A DNA stretch of 53,448 nucleotides, filler included, from Sphacelaria rigidula (lineage: Eukaryota): NCBI GenBank assembly GCA_964200075.2. It is 3 parts of 3 records of this genome, joined end to end, with 100 filler letters (N's around TTAATTAATTAA, not from the genome) between each part and the next. Parts side by side here need not be neighbours in the genome. Positions count along the whole stretch, not along the records: positions 35,704 to 53,448 come from CAXNAA020001002.1; 2 more parts are not named here. The stretch is one strand, 5' to 3'. The notes beneath the pieces are model-generated. The model ran no database searches and was not told where the DNA came from. It worked only from the letters and a program-made list of their open reading frames with translations. Positions 47,912 through 53,448 of this stretch are shown here, in pieces (the first letter of the stretch is position 1; every line of letters begins with the position of its first letter). The position numbers were made by a program, and so were the translations under genes.

Positions 47912-50900
47912 CTGTAACAGAGAAAATGGCTAGCAACAGTTTCTTGATGTCCTTCGTAAACCACGCCATCCAGACTGTATTTGTGCGCAACGTTGTCATT
48001 CAGCCTGCTCTTGACGCTTTTATCTTTCGTACTGGAAATCTCCTCTCCTCCCTGCACCTCGTGGGCACTCACCGTACTCTCGCAGTCTGCATCACCCGTA
48101 CTGGGCACCTCCTCTCCCCCCTTGCACCTCGTCGGCACCTACCGCACTCTCGTCATCCTCATCACTCGTACCGTGCGCCTTCTCTGCCTCCAGTATCGAT
48201 CTAACCTCTCCCAAGAAGGCGTCCTCCTCCTGTTGGCGTTTCAGCGTGGGTGCGGTCGTAAACATCCGTATTGCCTTCTCGACTGCAGACGTATTCAACG
48301 CGGTTTTCCCAGAGTCGAAGGACTATCCCCCCCCAGCAGTGAGCACTTCTTCCACTTTCAGCCGCTCGCTGATGGGGGCAGGGGTGATGGGAGTAGGCTC
48401 CGTCGTAGGGACTTCAATAGGCGTGAGACCTACCAGCAGATTCATCTGAACATCTATGGGCACGGTACCTATACGAGCAGCGCCGGGGAGCTACAAACGC
48501 GCGGATGGTCAGCGAATTCTGGGGGAACGATGGGGTGATTCGTCTTCTATTGACGCGCAGTGAGCGAAAGGGAGTGTTTGCGAGGTGTCTAGGTATCTCG
48601 CCTCGGCTACGCCCATGTGTTCTCTCTTGGAACCATAGGCTGATAACTCTAACAACCATTCCCCGTCCAGTTATGGACCGCCAGACCCTGCGGCTTCCGA
48701 GGGTGTGCCAGAGGTGAAGTCGTCGAGGAATGAGTCGTCTATATCATCTGCTGGTTCTTGTTGATGCGGGAGACGGGGCATAGCGTGAGGAAACACGTGC
48801 TGGGGTCCCTCTCGCCATCGAAGTTACATGTCGTACTTCATGAGTCGGAGGGCCCACCTTTGTAGCTTGGGACACAGATCACGAGGACGAAACAACCATG
48901 TCAGCGCGGAACAGTCGGTGACTAATGTGAACTTCCTGCCCGCTAGGTATGGTCTAAAGTGTTGAACCCCCCATATTACGGCCATATATCCCCTCTCCGT
49001 GGGTGCTCCGCGCGAGTCTGTACGTGAAATCCGATGACTCCCAAATGCGATGATGCGAGACTCATCCCCCACTGACTGTAGGAGAGTGGCCCCCGCACCC
49101 ACTGTGCTGGCATCCGTCTGCAATTCGAACATGCTGTTCAAGTCAGGGAAAGCGAGTATCGTCGGTGATGCTAGGGAAGACTTGAGTTTCTGGAACACTG
49201 CTTCCTGGTCATCACCCCCACGGAATGGTCAACTCTCGTGCACGATATGAGGCAAATTCTTTGTTACGAAGAATGTTGGTCAGCGGGGCGGCTATGATGC
49301 TGCACTTCTCGACGACCTGTCTGAGGTACCCGGTGAGTCCGAGAAATGAATGTAGTTATTCAAGAGTGCATGGATGTGGCATCTTAGCAACTGCGATGAG
49401 TTTGGACAGGGTCCGTTGTATGCCTGTACTATCGATCAACATGCCAAGGAACTCCTGGGACGGTGCTGCAAAGCTGCATATGGTAAAGTTCACGGAGAAT
49501 CCTGCAGTCGACAAACGTTGCAAGATTATGGTGAGTAGAGCCAAGTGCTCGTCCCGCGAGGGCCGGCTATGAGGATGTCATCTAGCCAGCTGTGTACACC
49601 AGTCAGGTTGCCTATCGTTGATTTCACTCTACAAGTGGATGCCGCCGGGAGTACTGTCAGTCCGAAACCCGCGAAGGTGAACTCGAATAGTAGGCCGTCT
49701 GCATCTCTGAACGCCGTTCTGTGGCGGTCCTCATCAGCATGAGGCTAAATCTAGTTGCGTGAAATATATCTTGCCTTTGAGACCATCAAATACAGATTGC
49801 ATGTCACCCAGCCCACCGCTATCAGACACTAAAAGCTTGTTCAGAGCACGCCAGTCGATGCACAGGCGCAAGGTATCATCTTTCTTGTTGAGACAAAGAG
49901 ATTGCGCGGCCCAGGGGGAAGTTAAGGGGCGAATATCGTCGCGAGTAAGAAGCTTGCGAATTTCTTCTCTGATCATTCGGCGTTCTTCCGGCGACAAACG
50001 ACGTTGTTTTGCGACAAAAGGTGTGCTGGCCTCGTCAATCAGTGGCAATTCTAGCTCACCTTTGATGCAGGCTGGCACCCGCTTGGGATCCGTAGGAAAC
50101 AACCCTGCTTCCACGAAATCTCGTAGGAGGCGTACAAGTTCCGTCCCCGCTGCTCCTCCAAGCTGCCCCATGTTTGTATCCGATACCCGGACCTGGCGGG
50201 GTTCTGAGGGTAGTTGGTCACTCTCGGGGCACAAAGGGGGTGTGGGCAAGGTAGGTTGGTCTACTGTTGATGGCGTGTTGTCGAAAAGTAGGTCAAAGCA
50301 AGCAGGATCGCACACATTGAAGGCTATCATGCGCACGATTGTCCCGGAGGTTTTCATTTCGGCGCTATATTTACCTCTGTTTACCAACGTACAGTACACC
50401 GGAAACTCTGGTACCCACCACGACACTCCTTTGGCTATCCCTACCAACGCTTCACCGTCCAGGTCGTACTTTGCCCAGGGCAGCATCACAAGTAGCTGCC
50501 TGTCCTGCAGTTGGGGTCCCGTAGTCACCGTGCCCACCGCCATACTCACAAACCCATCGATGGAGACGGAACGCTCGGCCAGCCTCACGTTCCACTCCCT
50601 CGTGCCGTCGTCTTCCCAGGCGACGTCACTGTAACTGAGGAACTTCCAGGGCGCGGGAGAAGGCGTGACTTGCGAAAGGGCTTTCTTGAGCGGGTCCGAG
50701 GCAGAGAGTATATGCTTGGCGGCATGTCGGGGGCTCTATCATGAGTCAAAACCGCAACCCACGGCGCGAACCCTCTACTTGCTTTGATTTCCAGACTGCT
50801 ATGTTTTGCCCCGAAACCTCGACCTCCAAAATGAGCCCGTGAGGTAGACGCTCTACCACATTGTCTACCACTTCACGAACGCTATATTCTTTATCGAACA

Positions 50901-52490
50901 AGACTGGTATCACGGCTGATTCAACTATGGACATCGGGGTACCTTACTATACCAACGTTGTTCACGTCTAGCTTGGATTGTATTGCTTCTGGTTTTATGA
51001 GGCAACGCAACGATGAACCCAGACATGTAATTGCCCCCACTTGCTCCGGTGTCCAACAGTACCTCGAGTGGCCACGACCTCCGAGCCCGACTCCGGTGCC
51101 AGATCTCTCCCGCCACTCACAGTTGGTCTCCGAGTCGACGCTGGATGGCCGCCAACTCCTTCTCCAGCAGGTTCCCCAGGTCAGGAATACCTGGGCCGTC
51201 TCTTCATTTGTCACCATTGCCGACAGAAGACGATTCTTCGTAATCGTCGCCTTCTCCCTCCCTTCCACCATCGCTCCTCTCCTCGATCAGTCCCATGTCG
51301 AGTGCGGCTAGGTATTGGGCTTCCGTGAGGGCGGCGAGTCGCTTCTGGGAGATGGCGGCTCTACGGTGGGCCTTGACGGTCCTGTAGTGAGCCGGCGTGA
51401 TGATACCGTGTGTGTATGGACAGCGAGTGTCATCGCGGCGGCGGCAGGCACCAGTGACTGCATGCCATTCCTGCAAGTCTCATCAGGCAAGACGGCTCGG
51501 ACGATAAATTCGTACAGTTTGTTAAGCTCCTACATCGTAATGAAACGCTAGCAAAATTCGGTCTCAGTGGCATGCGGGTGGCTTGCGCTAGCTAGCGTGG
51601 CTTTATAAGCCAACAAAACTCGTTCGGCCGCAGGTTGCCAAGATTCGCCTTTTTTCAGGGTGATCTCATCTAATGCCTCGCGTTCATTTTCGGCGGAATC
51701 ACTATGGAGAGCTTGTTCACGGACTAAAATACGCAACTAGTCGGTAGCCGCGACCTGATCGTGGCGGACGTAGTCGGTTCCGCCTGAGATGTAATACATC
51801 CCGACATGAACGCCTGAAAGTGGCGCTGTGGCAGTTGTGCCACCGCCCGCAAGCAAGTCCAGGAGTAAATTTCGACGACGGGGCGAGTATTTATCGACCT
51901 TAGTTACCCACTTACCTCCAGTCCGCTGTTCGTCCTCGGGTAGCTTTAGCGATCCCCGCTCTACACGTCGGAGTGTGCTCCAGATCTTCTCCTGAAGAAG
52001 TACAGCACTGTTTGCTATGGTGAGCTCACCTTGGGCGCTTCCCCTGTACACTGGTGTCGCGGAGGTGTCTGCAATGCGCCTACACACCCGCTCGTTTACT
52101 TCAGCCAATTGGTTGGCTTCAGCTCCTTCGACCCCTTCGTCTCGTTTCTTGTTTCCTCCCTAGGTCTCTTGCCCCTCCTGGTGTGACTGATTGTCACGGT
52201 TGCTCCTGGAACGGGTAGTGGAGCGGTATCTAACACGGGACGGTGTGCGGCGAGGGAATGCGGAGCGAGAGTGCGAGGGGCGCCTGGAACTGCGAAAGTC
52301 CCGCGATGTAGAGCGGGGGCGACGAAAACGAGAGCGGAAGAGGGAGTCGCGGGAATCGGAACGGCTTCGACGTGCCGAGGAGAACCCGGAATCTGAGCGG
52401 CGTCTGCCGTCACACCTCCCTGGTCCATCACGGCGCTCCGCACCCCTGCCGGACATGTGTCGGTGCTTCGAAGGTGCTGTACTAACCAAC
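47912..52490 (-). pseudogene. Ty3/gypsy gag-protease-RT-RNase H region (5' part of the outer element), decayed
   Basis: Protease VLLDTGASG (ORF 50925-51116); RT SPWAAQSLCLNKKDDTLRLCIDWRALNK..FTQLDLAS and SWLDDIL; RNase H FELQTDASTVGAGATL..FRPYLAGRKFTLVTDCSAL; gag-like fragments ~51300-52490; many stops and frameshifts. Its own LTRs were not found. Confidence 0.92.
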
Positions 52491-53448
52491 TAGTACAGCA
52501 TTAAACATCGGCGGTGGGACACGTGCATTTCACAAATCCCCACGGTCACAATAAAATGTAACCCCGGAAAGCAAAATGCTGAATGACGATCATAGTTGAT
52601 GATTGCCCCAATTCAATATGCGACGAAAAGCGGCCGATCGACAGAAAAAACGGCAGCGAGTGGGAAAAGAGGGATCGGGAAAAGGACACGGACACGGCGG
52701 AAGGGGGAAGAACGGAAGACTCGCGTTGATTAGTATGTGTTTTTAATGATAGTCAGAGGTCAAAGACTGCCCTCTCTAAAATGAGGGGAAAAAAATCCGA
52801 AACTCTCCTATATTCCAGCCAGACACAACGGGTGTCGCTCTCTTACTGCGTGAATAGTAACTCATACCCTTTACGCCAATCTCAAGAGGTACAGGCATCT
52901 ACACTTTCCAACCAATTCTTCTCATTCTATGACGCCGTCGATGTGATCGTTTGCTTGTTGCTGATGACATTCACGCAGGGGAAACAATATACAGAATAAG
53001 GTACACCCTGCTGCTTTTGGAACAAAAAAGGGTAACGCTTTGTGCGGTTTCGGGTGCGGCGCTGTATGCGGGCTGAACACCTCGAAAACGCGCTCCAGTG
53101 CCTCAGTCCTACGCCCAAGGTGTCTTGGCAGTATTCCCGACTTTTTTTTCTTCCACACGTGGTAGTAGGCTTGAGTACGACGCGCGACAGGTAGACACTT
53201 TGCTACACCCTCGGAACACCTTCTGAGGTAAACGCCCTGTGGCGACCCTGTACACGGTATAACACCCCCTTACGACCGTCTGGCGACCCTTCAAAAGGTG
53301 TAGAACCCGCTTGGCGACTCTCTACACACCCTCTACATTACGCCGCCTCCATGTACCCTGCGGCGAGAGCAAAATATCCACCCTTAACAGCGTTTTCGTG
53401 AGAATGAGAGTAGATGATACGATTGAGAGTGAAAAGCGGTCAATCAGT

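Noticed and set aside
48300..48780. DNA methyltransferase cargo between RNase H and integrase
   Set aside because: Manual translation of the pol frame shows no FxGxG, PC or ENV motifs.
49759..50634. 291-aa plus-strand ORF
   Set aside because: Antisense shadow of the gypsy pol frame.
52160..52493. SR-protein-like Arg/Ser-rich ORFs
   Set aside because: Low-complexity start of the decayed gag region, with no RRM domain.
53341..53448. 5' LTR and PBS of the outer gypsy element
   Set aside because: A CCA|TGT junction exists near 53350, but no matching second LTR is visible downstream of the integrase.

Overview
Eukaryotic, intron-rich, repeat-dense DNA, most likely from a brown alga or related stramenopile (inferred from the aureochrome-type bZIP motif, EDS5-like MATE gene and intron style). 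The window is three separate pieces of 17,754, 17,749 and 17,745 bp joined by artificial N44-TTAATTAATTAA-N44 linkers, so neighbourhood across the linkers means nothing. Piece 1 holds a MATE transporter gene of the EDS5/DTX46-47 type (10 reconstructed coding exons, + strand, 5' end unresolved). Piece 2 holds a 9-exon transcription-factor gene of about 531 aa (bZIP, a putative NTF2/SnoaL-like domain, and a PAS domain lacking the LOV cysteine) plus a possible small orphan membrane-protein gene on the minus strand. Piece 3 holds a decayed Ty3/gypsy retrotransposon whose integrase ends in a chromodomain-like plus Tudor-like pair. It is split by a 7,568-bp non-autonomous LTR element with 482-bp LTRs, PBS, PPT and a CTGT target-site duplication. 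Intergenic and intronic DNA contains many MITE/foldback elements (piggyBac-, hAT- and Sola-like by their ends and TSDs) and a tRNA-derived SINE. No rRNA, intact tRNA or CRISPR was found. All calls were made by eye, with no database searches.
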